Assembly: GCA_037045185.1 (NCBI GenBank)
Contig: JBAOHQ010000007.1
Location: 168,212-232,211, forward strand
Reading direction: 5' to 3'
Source of the DNA: Ilumatobacteraceae bacterium
Lineage (GTDB): Bacteria; Actinomycetota; Acidimicrobiia; Acidimicrobiales; Ilumatobacteraceae
Length of the DNA: 64,000 nt
In this document: in pieces, positions 1 through 9,694 of the stretch
Position numbering within the stretch: position 1 is the stretch's first letter
Layout: every line of letters starts with the position of its first letter
Position numbers and translations under genes: made by a program
Notes under the pieces: generated by a model
Database searches by the model: none
Seen by the model: only the letters and a program-made list of their open reading frames with translations
What the model was told of the DNA's origin: nothing

Positions 1-342
1 GTCGAGCTCCCGGGCGCCACCGTGCTGGGCGTCGGCATCGACCCGCGCCACGACCAGTACCCGATCCAGCGGGTCGAGCCGCTGCCCATCCGGCTGACGG
101 ACCGCTGGATCTCGCTGGTGGTCACCTTCGTGCCCACCGACTGTGCGGCGCCCGTGGTCGACGTCGGTCGTGGATCCGTCCGGCTCACCCTCGACGTCGA
201 CAACGGCCCGCTGCCGTCCATCACCCGTACCCTGTCGTACGCCATGCCGTCGGTGGTGGAGGTGCTGGGCGCCGGGGCTGGACCCGATCCCTCCGGGCTG
301 GGGCCCATCGCCGCAGCCTGTGCGCTGGTCACCGGTTCGTAG
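1..342 (+). CDS. C-terminal part of a hypothetical protein (gene starts upstream of window)
   Basis: Frame 1 is open from nt 1 to TAG at 340-342. Strong G/C third-position bias. No family recognised. Confidence 0.4.
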   Translation, partial: VELPGATVLGVGIDPRHDQYPIQRVEPLPIRLTDRWISLVVTFVPTDCAAPVVDVGRGSVRLTLDVDNGPLPSITRTLSYAMPSVVEVLGAGAGPDPSGLGPIAAACALVTGS

Positions 343-351
343 GAGGTGTCG

Positions 352-1807
352 CTACTCCGGGATCCAGGTGCCGTGGAAGCCGTAGGGCACTCGCTGGGGG
401 AGGCGGACACGGGCCACCGGCCCGGCCGCCACGTCGGTGGCGTCGAGCACCGCGAAATCCGTCGACAGCGGTGGTGGCGTCGTGGACGAAACCGAGCAGG
501 AATCCCTCGTCCTCGCCGGGATCGGTGGGAACGAACAGCCACTCGCCCGTGTGCGAGGACGGCCCCGGGTCCCACACGGTGCGCCTCCCGGTGGCGAAGT
601 CGTACTTGATCACCCCGCCGAGATCGACCGTCGTGACGCTGGGCCGGTTCTCCACCAGATACCCGTAGCGATGCTTGCGGCCCACCAGGCGCGGGTCGCG
701 GGTGGGCAGCTCGCCCGGGCGGTCCTCGTCGAGCACCTCGTCGGTGACAGTGGAAGTGGCCGGGTCTACGGTCCAGCGGCGAAGGCTGAGCTGCCCGCCG
801 AGGATTTGCGGTCCGTCGAACATCGAGCTCAGCCGGCACACGTCGACTACCACGCGCCCGCCGTCCTCGTAGGCGTTGACCCCGTGGAAGACGTAGCACG
901 GGTCGATGTCGAACCAGCGGGCCTGGCCACCGCCGAGCGGCACCAAACCCAGGCGTGCGCCGGCATCGGGCCGCCACTGGTAGGGAAACGCGCCGACCGA
1001 CGGGTCGTTGATGAATGCTGTCGCGGCCGCCAGGTCGAACACGACCGGGAGGTCCCAGAACACCGCGTACTGCTCGGTGATGGCGAAATCGTGGATCATC
1101 GTGCTGGCCGGGATGGGCACCTCCTGGAGGTGTGACAGGGCACCGTCGGACTCGACGACGTAGTACGTGAGGTACGGCGGGACGAAGCCGTAGCCGAAGA
1201 CGTGCATCCGCCCGGTGGCCGGATCGATCTTCGGGTGGGCGGTGAACGACGTGGTCAGCCTGCCGCCGAAGTCGAGCGGGCCGATCGTGTCCAGCGTGGC
1301 CGGATCGAGGTGATAGGGCAGGCCCACTTCGCCGCTGGTGAGCAGCCGGCCACCGTGCCAGACGGCCGACACGTTGGACTGATTGCTGGCCCCTCCGGGT
1401 GGTCCCTGGCCGAAGTCGGCGCCGGCGTCGAACATGGCCGTGCGCACGTAGCGGTTGCGGTACCAGCGGGCCCGCCCGGCTTCCAGGCGTAGCCCGTGAA
1501 CCATGCCGTCTCCGAAGAACCAGTGCTGCGAGTTGGCCCGCACCGGGTTCGACCCGTTGCGCACGTAGGTGCCGGTGAGTTCGGGCGGCAGGGCCCCGAT
1601 CACGGGAAGGTCAAGCACTTCGACCTCGTCGGTGACCGGGGCGAAGTTGTCGCGCAGCCACCACGGCGCCTGTGCGGGTACCACCGGCGCCGGGACGGTC
1701 CGCGCCCCAGACCGGCCGGCCCGAAGCAGCGGTGCCGCACCGGCGCCGAGAGCCGCCCACCTGGCGAGATCACGACGGCTGATCCGGGACGATTCGTGCC
1801 CGTTCAC
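352..1807 (-). CDS. Carotenoid oxygenase / carotenoid-cleavage dioxygenase (RPE65 family) with Tat-type signal; frame broken near 463-475 as sequenced
   Basis: N-terminal SRRDLARWAALGAGAA twin-arginine signal followed by a CCD-like body. After FVHDATTAV the tracked ORF 329..1861 runs into R/G/P junk. Another frame gives the canonical C-terminus STDFAVLDATDVAAGPVARVRLPQRVPYGFHGTWIPE, ending at TAG 352-354. Probable GTG start at 1807 overlaps the kup stop (GTGA). Confidence 0.8.
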
Positions 1808-3696
1808 AGTTCGACTCTGCTCCCCACCTCGATCACCCGGTTCGGTGGGAGTTCGAACCAACTGCCCACGTCGGCCGTGTTGCGGTGCAGCAGGGTGAAC
1901 AGTGACTCGCGCCAGCGGGCCATCCCCGGCAGGCTGGTGGCTCGCACCGATTCCCGCCCGAGGAAGTACGTGGCCGAGGTGGGATCGACGGCGCAGTGCA
2001 TTCGTAGATCATCGGCCACTGGAGTGGGCTCCATGAACCCGTAGCGCAGCACGACCTCGCGGAACCCACCGGGATGGTCCACCGCCGACTCGCGCTGGGC
2101 AGCGGGCACCGTCGGCGTGTGCGCAGTCTCGACGCAGACCACGTAGACCTTGCGGGGCAACGCGCCGGTGGCTTTCACCGTGTCGATCAGGCTGGTGGGT
2201 ACCAGGTGGCGGCGCGAGTACAGGAAGACGGCAGTGCCCTCGGTGCGTACGACGCCCGTGGATCCGTCGATGGACCGGGCGTACTGGGCGACGGTGACGC
2301 GCCCGGCGCTGGACCGCTCGTACACCAGGCGCTTGCCCGTCTTCCAGGTGGTGAAGACGGCGAAGACCACGGCCCCGACCACCAGCGGGAACCAGCCGCC
2401 CTCGGGGATCTTGAACAGGTTGGCCCCGAGGAAGGCGCCCTCGATGGCCAGCAGGACACCGGTCATGCTGAACACCAGAGCCTTGGGCCAGTGCCACCGG
2501 CGGCTGACGAAGACGGCGAACAGCAGCGTGGTGGCGAACATGGTGCCGGTGACCGACAGCCCGTATGCGGCGGCCAACGCCGAGGATGATCGGAACGCCA
2601 GGACCAGCCCGACGCACGCTGCCATGAGCAGCCAGTTGACGACCGGGATGTAGATCTGCCCGGCCGCGGCGTGCGAGGTGTTGATGGTCCGGCTGCGTGG
2701 CAGGTACCCCAGCTTGGTGCCCTGCAGGACGATGGAGAACACCCCGGAGATCAGCGCCTGGGAGGCGATGATCGTGGCCAGCGTGGCCAGGATGATGACC
2801 GGGACACGCACGGCCGAGGGCGACATCAGGAAGAACGGACTGTGCACTGCTTCCTGATCGCGCAGCAGCAGCGCCCCGATGCCCAAGTAGCACAGCAACA
2901 GCGCCGGCATCACCACGCCGAACCAACTGAACCGGATCGGCCGTCGCCCGAAGTGACCCATGTCGGCGTACAGCGCCTCACCGCCGGTGACGACGAGGAA
3001 CAGCGCACCCATCGACAGGAACCCCTTGAACCCGTTGTTCACGAAGTACTGCACGGCGTGGTGCGGGCTGATCGCCTGGAGGATCTCCGGGTTGCGGGCC
3101 AGGCTGGCCGAGCCGAACACCGCCATCACACCGAACCACACCAGCATCACCGGCCCGAAGATCTTGCCGACCCGTTCCGTGCCCCAGCGCTGCATGGCGA
3201 ACAGCCCGACCAGGATGGCGACCGAGATCGGCACCACCCAGTCGGCGAATCCAGGGTTGATCAGTTCGGTTCCCTCGATGGCGCTGAGCACGCTGATCGA
3301 CGGCGTGATCATCCCGTCACCCACCAGCAAAGCGGTGCCGAACAGGCCGAGGAGCACCAGCCCTGGAGTCCGCCGGGCACCGGCCGGTTCGTCGGAGATC
3401 AGCGCGGTGAGCGCCAGGATGCCGCCTTCGCCCTCGTTGTCGGCGCGCATCACGAGCACGACGTACTTGATGGCGACGATGAGCACGAGCGTCCACACCA
3501 CGATGGAGATCGCCCCCAGCACGTTCTCCTTCGTGGGCGCCAGGTTGTGGTGCTTGTTGACGAAGGTCTCGTGGATGGAATACAGCGGGCTGGTGCCGAT
3601 GTCGCCGTACACCACGCCGAGCGCGCCCAGCGACGTGGCCAGCAACGGCCCGCGGCGGTGGACGTGGCCATGGCTGCTTGGCGGGCGGGTGGTCAT
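1804..3696 (-). CDS. kup: KUP/HAK/KT family potassium transporter
   Basis: LGALGVVYGDIGTSPLY N-terminal signature, many transmembrane segments, and a Kup-type C-terminal cytoplasmic domain. Start taken at MTTRPP (3696). Confidence 0.9.
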   Translation of the reverse strand: MTTRPPSSHGHVHRRGPLLATSLGALGVVYGDIGTSPLYSIHETFVNKHHNLAPTKENVLGAISIVVWTLVLIVAIKYVVLVMRADNEGEGGILALTALISDEPAGARRTPGLVLLGLFGTALLVGDGMITPSISVLSAIEGTELINPGFADWVVPISVAILVGLFAMQRWGTERVGKIFGPVMLVWFGVMAVFGSASLARNPEILQAISPHHAVQYFVNNGFKGFLSMGALFLVVTGGEALYADMGHFGRRPIRFSWFGVVMPALLLCYLGIGALLLRDQEAVHSPFFLMSPSAVRVPVIILATLATIIASQALISGVFSIVLQGTKLGYLPRSRTINTSHAAAGQIYIPVVNWLLMAACVGLVLAFRSSSALAAAYGLSVTGTMFATTLLFAVFVSRRWHWPKALVFSMTGVLLAIEGAFLGANLFKIPEGGWFPLVVGAVVFAVFTTWKTGKRLVYERSSAGRVTVAQYARSIDGSTGVVRTEGTAVFLYSRRHLVPTSLIDTVKATGALPRKVYVVCVETAHTPTVPAAQRESAVDHPGGFREVVLRYGFMEPTPVADDLRMHCAVDPTSATYFLGRESVRATSLPGMARWRESLFTLLHRNTADVGSWFELPPNRVIEVGSRVEL

Positions 3697-3771
3697 GGGC
3701 GGCCAACGTAGCAAGGGCGATCGGGCCTGTGGGCCGGGCAGCGAGATCACTTAATCTGGTACGTTAAATCC

Positions 3772-4956
3772 ATGGCTGGCACAGAGTTGTTTGCCCCCGC
3801 ACGCCTCGGTCCCATCGAGTTGCGCAACCGCCTGGTGAAGGCGGCAACGTTCGAGGGGATGAGCCCGAAGAACGTGGTGTCCAAGCGGCTCATCGAGTTT
3901 CACCGGCGCATGGCCGCCGGCGGTGTGTCGATGACGACGGTGTCCTACATCGCCGTGTCCCGCGAGGGCATGGGCGCTCCCGCCGAGATCTACATCCACG
4001 ACGCCGCGGCGGAGGGGTTGGCCACCATCGCCTCGGCGGTTCACGCCGAGGGCGCCCGGATCTCCGCCCAACTCGGCCACGCCGGCGCGGTGGGCGAGGT
4101 GGAAGGCAAGCGGGTGCTCGGGCCGTCGGCGCGCCGGACCCGGATGGGCTTCAAGGTGGGCGAGATCACCCCGACCGAGATCGATCAGGTGGTCGCCGAC
4201 TTCGCCGCCGGTGGGCGGATGCTGCGCGACGCCGGCTTCGACTGCGTGGAGTTGCACTTCGGCCATCACTACCTGCTCTCGTCGTTCCTCAGCCCGAAGT
4301 GGAACCGGCGCACCGATCAGTACGGGGGCTCGCTGGAGAACCGGGCCAGGTTGCTGATCCGGGTGCTCGAGGCGGTTCGGGAGGCCGTCGGACCGGACAT
4401 GGCCGTGACCGCCAAGATGAACATGCGTGACGCGGTCCGCGGCGGGCTGGAGGTCGACGAGTCGGTGCGCTTCGCCCAGCTGTTCGAGGCCTCGGGAACG
4501 CTCGATGCCATCGAGCTCACCGGTGGTGGATCGCAGCAGAACCAGATGTACATGTTCCGCGGCGACGTGCCGCGCAAGGAGTTCCAGCAGATCCTGCCCA
4601 CCAAGGCGATGAAGCTCGGGTTCAAGCTCTTCGGCCGCTGGCTGCTCCCCGGCTACCCGTACGAGGAGGCCTACTTCCTGCCGATGGCCAAGCAGTTCCG
4701 TGCCGCGCTGACCATGCCGCTGATCTACCTCGGCGGGGTCAACCGCGTCGACACCGCCCAGCGGGCGCTCGACGCCGGGTTCGACTTCGTGGCGATGGGC
4801 CGGGCCCTGGTGCGCGAACCTGATCTGATCAACCGCATGCGCGACGGCGCGGCCAAGGAGGGAACGTGCATCCATTGCAACAAGTGCATGCTGTCGATCT
4901 ACACCGGCACCCGCTGCACCATCGATCACCCGGAGCCGCTCAGGCTCGGAGCGTGA
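3772..4956 (+). CDS. NADH:flavin oxidoreductase (Old Yellow Enzyme / 2,4-dienoyl-CoA reductase-like, FMN domain)
   Basis: N-terminus LFAPARLGPIELRNRLVKAAT and an OYE-like TIM barrel, with HFGHHYLLSSFLSP and ENRARL motifs. Confidence 0.85.
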   Translation: MAGTELFAPARLGPIELRNRLVKAATFEGMSPKNVVSKRLIEFHRRMAAGGVSMTTVSYIAVSREGMGAPAEIYIHDAAAEGLATIASAVHAEGARISAQLGHAGAVGEVEGKRVLGPSARRTRMGFKVGEITPTEIDQVVADFAAGGRMLRDAGFDCVELHFGHHYLLSSFLSPKWNRRTDQYGGSLENRARLLIRVLEAVREAVGPDMAVTAKMNMRDAVRGGLEVDESVRFAQLFEASGTLDAIELTGGGSQQNQMYMFRGDVPRKEFQQILPTKAMKLGFKLFGRWLLPGYPYEEAYFLPMAKQFRAALTMPLIYLGGVNRVDTAQRALDAGFDFVAMGRALVREPDLINRMRDGAAKEGTCIHCNKCMLSIYTGTRCTIDHPEPLRLGA

Positions 4957-4960
4957 TCCG

Positions 4961-5971
4961 GTGAAGCTGGCTCTGACCTTCGGCTACTGGGGTGCCCAAC
5001 CACCGGCCAACGTCGTCCAGGTCGCCCAGGAGGCCGAGCGTGTCGGGTTCGACAGCATCTGGGTGGCCGAATCGTGGGGCAACGACGCCTTCACCTACCT
5101 GGCCTGGGTCGCCGCGCACACGCACCGGGTGCGCCTCGGCACCGGTGTGGTGCAGATCGCCGCACGCACGCCGTCGGCCACGGCGATGGCGGCGATGACC
5201 CTCGACCACCTGTCGGGCGGGCGGTTGATCCTCGGCCTCGGCGTGTCCGGTCCGCAGGTGGTGGAGGGCTGGTACGGCCGGCCGTCTGACAAGCCGCTGG
5301 CGCGCACTCGTGAGTACGTCGAGATCATCCGCCGGGCGCTGCGCCGGGAGGGTCCGCTGACCAACGACGGCCCGCTGTACCCGCTGCCGTACCGTGGCGA
5401 GGGCAGCGTCGGGTTGGGCAAGCCGTTGAAGATCATGACCCATCCACTGCGCAGCGAGATCCCGATCTTCCTCGGCGCCGAGGGCCCCAAGAACGTCACC
5501 CAGACCGCGGAGATCGCCGACGGGTGGTTGCCGCTGTACTACAGCCCGTACCGCCAGGAGGTGTACGCCGATCAACTCGCCGGGGCCAAGCCCGGCTTCG
5601 AGATCACCGCGCTGGCGATGATGTCCATCACCGACGACGTGGCCGCGGGGCTGTGGCCGGTGCGGGCGATGCTCGGGTTCTACATCGGCGGGATGGGCGC
5701 CAAGGGCCAGAACTACCACACCAAGCTGATGGCCAGGATGGGCTACGAGGAGGAGGCACACCGGGTCCAGGACCTGTTCTTCGCCGGTCGGCGAGACGAA
5801 GCCATCGCCGCCGTACCCGAAGCCTTCGCCGACGAGATCTCCCTCGTCGGCCCGCCGGCGCGAATTCGCGAGAAGCTCGAGGTGTGGCGGTCGAGCCCGG
5901 TGACGAGCCTGATGGTGTCCGCCCAGAACCCTGCCGATCTCGGTCCGATCGCCGATCTGGTGCTCCGGTAG
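4961..5971 (+). CDS. LLM-class F420-dependent oxidoreductase (luciferase-like monooxygenase family)
   Basis: GFDSIWVAESWGNDAFT and LGLGVSGPQVVEGWYG blocks typical of F420-dependent LLM proteins. GTG start 4 nt after the upstream stop. Confidence 0.85.
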   Translation: MKLALTFGYWGAQPPANVVQVAQEAERVGFDSIWVAESWGNDAFTYLAWVAAHTHRVRLGTGVVQIAARTPSATAMAAMTLDHLSGGRLILGLGVSGPQVVEGWYGRPSDKPLARTREYVEIIRRALRREGPLTNDGPLYPLPYRGEGSVGLGKPLKIMTHPLRSEIPIFLGAEGPKNVTQTAEIADGWLPLYYSPYRQEVYADQLAGAKPGFEITALAMMSITDDVAAGLWPVRAMLGFYIGGMGAKGQNYHTKLMARMGYEEEAHRVQDLFFAGRRDEAIAAVPEAFADEISLVGPPARIREKLEVWRSSPVTSLMVSAQNPADLGPIADLVLR

Positions 5972-5980
5972 CGTTCGGCC

Positions 5981-6469
5981 ATGAGCCAGCAGCCATCCGA
6001 TCAGTACGTCGAGCAGCAGTGGGAGACCCCGTCGCACGAGGAGATCCCGGTCATCACCAAGATGCACGTGGCCGGGATGGAGGCCACCTCCGCCGACGAG
6101 GCCTGGGTGGTTGCCGGCATGCACCACGTGGTGATCCACACGATCGGGCGCAAGAGCGGCAACGAGCACAAGGTGTCGCTGCCCATCTGGCGTGACGCCG
6201 ATGGGCACCGCATCGTGGTGGCCTCCTTCGCCGGGCACGAGAACCACCCCAGCTGGTTCGTCAACCTGCGTGACACGTCGGTCAACCCGGAGGTCAAGGT
6301 GCGCTCGCAGCACGGGCTGTACTGGTCGAAGCCGGAGATCCTCGAGGGTGACGACTACACCACCACCTGGGCCGGCCTCACCGCCGACCGGGCCTGGTAC
6401 GACGACTACCAGGCCCGCACGGACCGCCGGATCCCCCTCGTCCGCCTCCCCGAAACCCGCCCCGCCTGA
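5981..6469 (+). CDS. Nitroreductase/Ddn-like deazaflavin (F420H2)-dependent oxidoreductase
   Basis: HTIGRKSGNEHKVSLPIW and AGHENHPSWFVNL motifs of the DDN/PNPOx-like family. Confidence 0.8.
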   Translation: MSQQPSDQYVEQQWETPSHEEIPVITKMHVAGMEATSADEAWVVAGMHHVVIHTIGRKSGNEHKVSLPIWRDADGHRIVVASFAGHENHPSWFVNLRDTSVNPEVKVRSQHGLYWSKPEILEGDDYTTTWAGLTADRAWYDDYQARTDRRIPLVRLPETRPA

Positions 6470-6519
6470 CCTTTGTTCACCTGATCTCCAGTGGGGCTGG
6501 AGTGTGAGTGAACAAAGGG
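6470..6519. repeat. 50-nt double-stem hairpin element, copy 1
   Basis: CCTTTGTTCAC-CTGAT-CTCCAG-TGGGG-CTGGAG-TGTGA-GTGAACAAAGG. Outer 11-bp stem and inner 6-bp stem. Starts 1 nt after the stop of the Ddn-like gene. Confidence 0.8.
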
Positions 6520-6576
6520 CGCCGCGGGGTGGCCGTCCCCGTCCGGGCCGCACCGTGCCCTCCGGCCTGGGCGAAC

Positions 6577-6627
6577 CCGTTTGTTCACGTGATCTCCAGT
6601 GGGGCTGGAGTGTGAGTGAACAAAGGG
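6577..6627. repeat. 50-nt double-stem hairpin element, copy 2
   Basis: Core 6580-6627 is 47/48 identical to 6472-6519, offset 108 nt. The only core difference is CACCTG versus CACGTG. Confidence 0.8.
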
Positions 6628-6666
6628 TGCCGTGGCGGGTGGGTGGCGCCCGGCCATACTTCGAGG

Positions 6667-7851
6667 ATGGTGCGATTTGCCTCGTTCATTGCCGCGCTCG
6701 CCGTGACGACGGTGCCCCCGCCCGGGTCGGCGCCCGAGGTGCCCGAAGCGTCCGTGACCGTGCCGGCCGGCCAGGCGGCGGCGATCGTCCGGTTCCTCGG
6801 TGAGCAGGCGGCGTCCGCGGCGACGAGCTCAGCCGGGACACCGACGGTGGTGCAGCACTACCTCGCCCAGCAGTTGGGCGCCGCGGCGGGTCCGCCGTTC
6901 CTGTTCGCCGAGGGTGACGATCGGTTCTTCTTCCGCTTCGACGGTGGCATCAACGTGGTGGGCATCGTCCCCGGCACGGATCTGCAGGACCAGTGGGTGG
7001 TCGTCGGGGCGCGCTACGACCGGCTCGGGGCGTGCCGGCCGGCACGGGATGCGGCCCGGGTGTGCAACAGCGCCGCCGACAACGCCGCCGTGGCCGCGGT
7101 GCTGCAGGTCGCCAGGGCGGTTGCGGCCGAGCCGAACCGCCGGCGAAGCCTGCTGATCGCCCTGTGGGACACCGCCGGCGACGGGAACCTCGGCTTCGAC
7201 AGCTACATGGCGAACCGGCTGTTCCGGCTCGACGCCACGGCCGCGTATGTCAACCTCGACGTGCTGGGCTCGGCGATGTCGCCCGCACTGGCCACCTTGA
7301 CGATGATGGTGGGGGCCGAGACGGGCGGGAAGCGGCTGGTCGAGGCCGCCACCGCCGCGGTGTCGTCCACGACACTGGACGTCCGCTCGTTGAGCCTGCG
7401 GGCCGGGCTCGGCCCGGCGGTGCCCCGCCAGTACCTGAATGCCGGAGTGCCCACCGTGACCCTGACCGACGGTCGCTCGGGGTGCTACCACTCGGTGAAC
7501 GACACGGCGGCTGGGATCGACTCGGCGAAGCTCGATGAGCAGAGCGCCATCGCCGCTCGGCTCACGCTGGAGTTGCTGAACGCCGACAAGAAGCCGGTCC
7601 TCAATCCCGGCGCACCGCAGGCCACCTTCGCTGACGCCTCGGCGATCCACGACATGCTCACTGCGGCCACGCCCGACCTGACCGTCACCCCGGAGCTGCA
7701 GGCCTACGATGACGCGCTGGCAGGCAGCATCGCGGCCGGGGCCGACCGGTTCGACGCCGCCGCGTCGGACTCAGTGTTGGCCGGGGTGCCCCTCGTCGTC
7801 GAAGCCGTGCGGTCGACGGGCTGCCCGATCGGCGGCTCCACGGTGGGTTGA
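6667..7851 (+). CDS. Secreted M28-like peptidase-fold protein (metal and catalytic residues appear substituted)
   Basis: Signal-like MVRFASFIAALAVTTVPPP. M28-like blocks VVGARYDRLG, SAADNAAVAAVL, LIALWDTAGDGNLGFDS and CYHSVND. The usual His (GAHxD) and Glu-Glu positions read Tyr and Gly-Asp. Confidence 0.55.
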   Translation: MVRFASFIAALAVTTVPPPGSAPEVPEASVTVPAGQAAAIVRFLGEQAASAATSSAGTPTVVQHYLAQQLGAAAGPPFLFAEGDDRFFFRFDGGINVVGIVPGTDLQDQWVVVGARYDRLGACRPARDAARVCNSAADNAAVAAVLQVARAVAAEPNRRRSLLIALWDTAGDGNLGFDSYMANRLFRLDATAAYVNLDVLGSAMSPALATLTMMVGAETGGKRLVEAATAAVSSTTLDVRSLSLRAGLGPAVPRQYLNAGVPTVTLTDGRSGCYHSVNDTAAGIDSAKLDEQSAIAARLTLELLNADKKPVLNPGAPQATFADASAIHDMLTAATPDLTVTPELQAYDDALAGSIAAGADRFDAAASDSVLAGVPLVVEAVRSTGCPIGGSTVG

Positions 7852-7872
7852 CGGCGCTGGCGTACCACGAGT

Positions 7873-8853
7873 TCAGTCGGCGAAGCGGCCGCCCAACGCC
7901 AGGCGGACTTGGTGATCCAACTGTCTGCCCAACTCGGCCAGGCGTTGTGCATTCGTGTCAAGAACGTCGTTCTGGACCCTTGTGAACACGTGCTGGTACC
8001 TGGCCGGGTATCCAACAGCTGCCCGGCAGTCGAAGTCGGCGAGCGCTGTCCTGATCTCGTCGGCCCCCACCTCGGGTCCGGGAAAGGAAACCTCCTTCAG
8101 GTCGAACCGGCGCTCGTACGAATACCCAGCCCGACCCATGCACAGCGACCAGTCACGATCGAGCGATCGGTACTCGTCGTCGCTCTCGAGGCGACTCAGC
8201 ACCGCAGAGTCGAGATCCGTCAACGCTCCGACGGCGGGCGAAACGAGATCGCCTCGCCCATACACCGTCTCAACGGTGACCTGTGCGCACCCACCTCGCC
8301 CAGCGTCGTCACCTCCGAGCGCTGTCAAGAACCCGGGGTCCTGCAGCGAACGTTCATTGGGGTCGGTGGGCGCGGGTCCTCCTGGCGCCGCTGATCGAAG
8401 GCCGGTGGACTGGAGCTCCGATCGTGTCCGCTGCTCGAAGGGCTCGTCGTCGAAAATCTCGTCGGGCAGCGCGACGGCCTGGTAGTTGGGAAACCCGCGA
8501 GCGGCCATGCATGTGGCAACGGCCGCCTGCCACAGGTCGTTCAGGCGCCGGATTTCGGTGTCGCTGAGGCCGTACAACTCGGAGAACGTGGGCACGTGGA
8601 TGAGCTGGCCGGCGTGCTCGCGATCGGTGCTCGTCGGCGACGACCATTCGACGGTCTGAGGGCTGGGTTCCTTCCTCCCGCCGTCCTGTGGGCGTGCGCA
8701 CGCCGCGAGCACGGCCGGGATACAGGAGATGGACGCCAGACATGCCCGGCTCGGCCAGCGCGATGCGCGGCGGCTCACCCTGTGCAGCTCTGACCTATCG
8801 CCCGCGGCCTGAGCGGGCGACCCGAGGTCGCCCACGTGTGACGTCCCGGTCAT
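7873..8853 (-). CDS. Hypothetical lipoprotein
   Basis: Lipobox-like ISCIPAVLAAC followed by a hydrophilic mature region. Start uncertain: ATG at 8853 or GTG at 8778. Confidence 0.55.
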   Translation of the reverse strand: MTGTSHVGDLGSPAQAAGDRSELHRVSRRASRWPSRACLASISCIPAVLAACARPQDGGRKEPSPQTVEWSSPTSTDREHAGQLIHVPTFSELYGLSDTEIRRLNDLWQAAVATCMAARGFPNYQAVALPDEIFDDEPFEQRTRSELQSTGLRSAAPGGPAPTDPNERSLQDPGFLTALGGDDAGRGGCAQVTVETVYGRGDLVSPAVGALTDLDSAVLSRLESDDEYRSLDRDWSLCMGRAGYSYERRFDLKEVSFPGPEVGADEIRTALADFDCRAAVGYPARYQHVFTRVQNDVLDTNAQRLAELGRQLDHQVRLALGGRFAD

Positions 8854-8899
8854 GGTTGCTGGAAGTGAGTTCCTTCCGCATGACCGGAGTCTCCGTCGG

Positions 8900-9679
8900 T
8901 CAGCCGAGCGGGCGGGGGGCGGAGTGCGGTTGGACGGCGGCTTCGGTGCCGCCGTCGACGAACCAGGTCTGACCCACCACATAGCTCGACTGGCTACTGA
9001 GCAGGAACGTGATCACGTTGGCCAGCTCCTCGGCGGTGCCCTGGCGGCCCGCCGGCATGGGGATCGCGGCGAGCTGATCGTCCATCCCGGGGATGTCGGA
9101 TAGCGAGCGGGTCATGTTCGTGTCGATCACGCCGGGGGCGACGGCGTTGACCCGGATGCCCTGGCCGATCCAGCGTTGGGTGACGGCGTTGCGGCGCACC
9201 CAGTGGGCCAGCGCCAGCTTGCCGGCCGGGTAGGCCAGCCATCCGGAGTCCGTCATCTCGTCCACCGCGGCCTGCTCGTCACCGGCCAGGAACAGCTCGG
9301 CGTGGGCCATCGTCAGGCCCGGGGTGATCCCGGCGGCGATGCTGGAGATCAGCACCACCGAGGCCGCGCCCGTTGCGGCCAGCGCATCGTGGAGACCCTC
9401 CGCCATCGCCAGTGCCCCGAAGTAGTTGATGCGCACCGTCGGTTCCGGCCCGATCATCCCGTTGATGCCGGCGATGGAACCGAGCCCGTCGAGCCGCCCA
9501 CCGCAGCGGCTGATGGTCTCGGCAACCGCGATCCGCCGGCCCTCCTCGGTGCCCAGGTCGGCGTCGATGTCCGAACCGCGCAGGTCGACACCGATCACCC
9601 GGTGGCCGGTGGCTTCCAGCAGTCGGCGGGTGGCAGCGCCCATTCCATTGGCCGCACCGGTCACGCAGAACGTTCCCAT
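8900..9679 (-). CDS. SDR family oxidoreductase
   Basis: TGAANGMGAAT Rossmann motif, YPAGKLA (YxxxK) and NAVAPGVIDT. Confidence 0.85.
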   Translation of the reverse strand: MGTFCVTGAANGMGAATRRLLEATGHRVIGVDLRGSDIDADLGTEEGRRIAVAETISRCGGRLDGLGSIAGINGMIGPEPTVRINYFGALAMAEGLHDALAATGAASVVLISSIAAGITPGLTMAHAELFLAGDEQAAVDEMTDSGWLAYPAGKLALAHWVRRNAVTQRWIGQGIRVNAVAPGVIDTNMTRSLSDIPGMDDQLAAIPMPAGRQGTAEELANVITFLLSSQSSYVVGQTWFVDGGTEAAVQPHSAPRPLG

Positions 9680-9694
9680 GAGTGGATCCTCTCG

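Noticed and set aside
3751-3771. AT-rich TTAA-N9-TTAA stretch between kup and the OYE gene as a defined operator
   Set aside because: The symmetry is limited to the self-complementary TTAA tetranucleotides and there is no second copy in the window. It is probably just promoter AT-richness.
6470-6627. Possible CRISPR array
   Set aside because: There are only two repeat copies. The repeats are long, fully palindromic hairpins separated by a 58-nt GC-rich spacer. There are no cas genes in the window and no leader-like AT-rich region.
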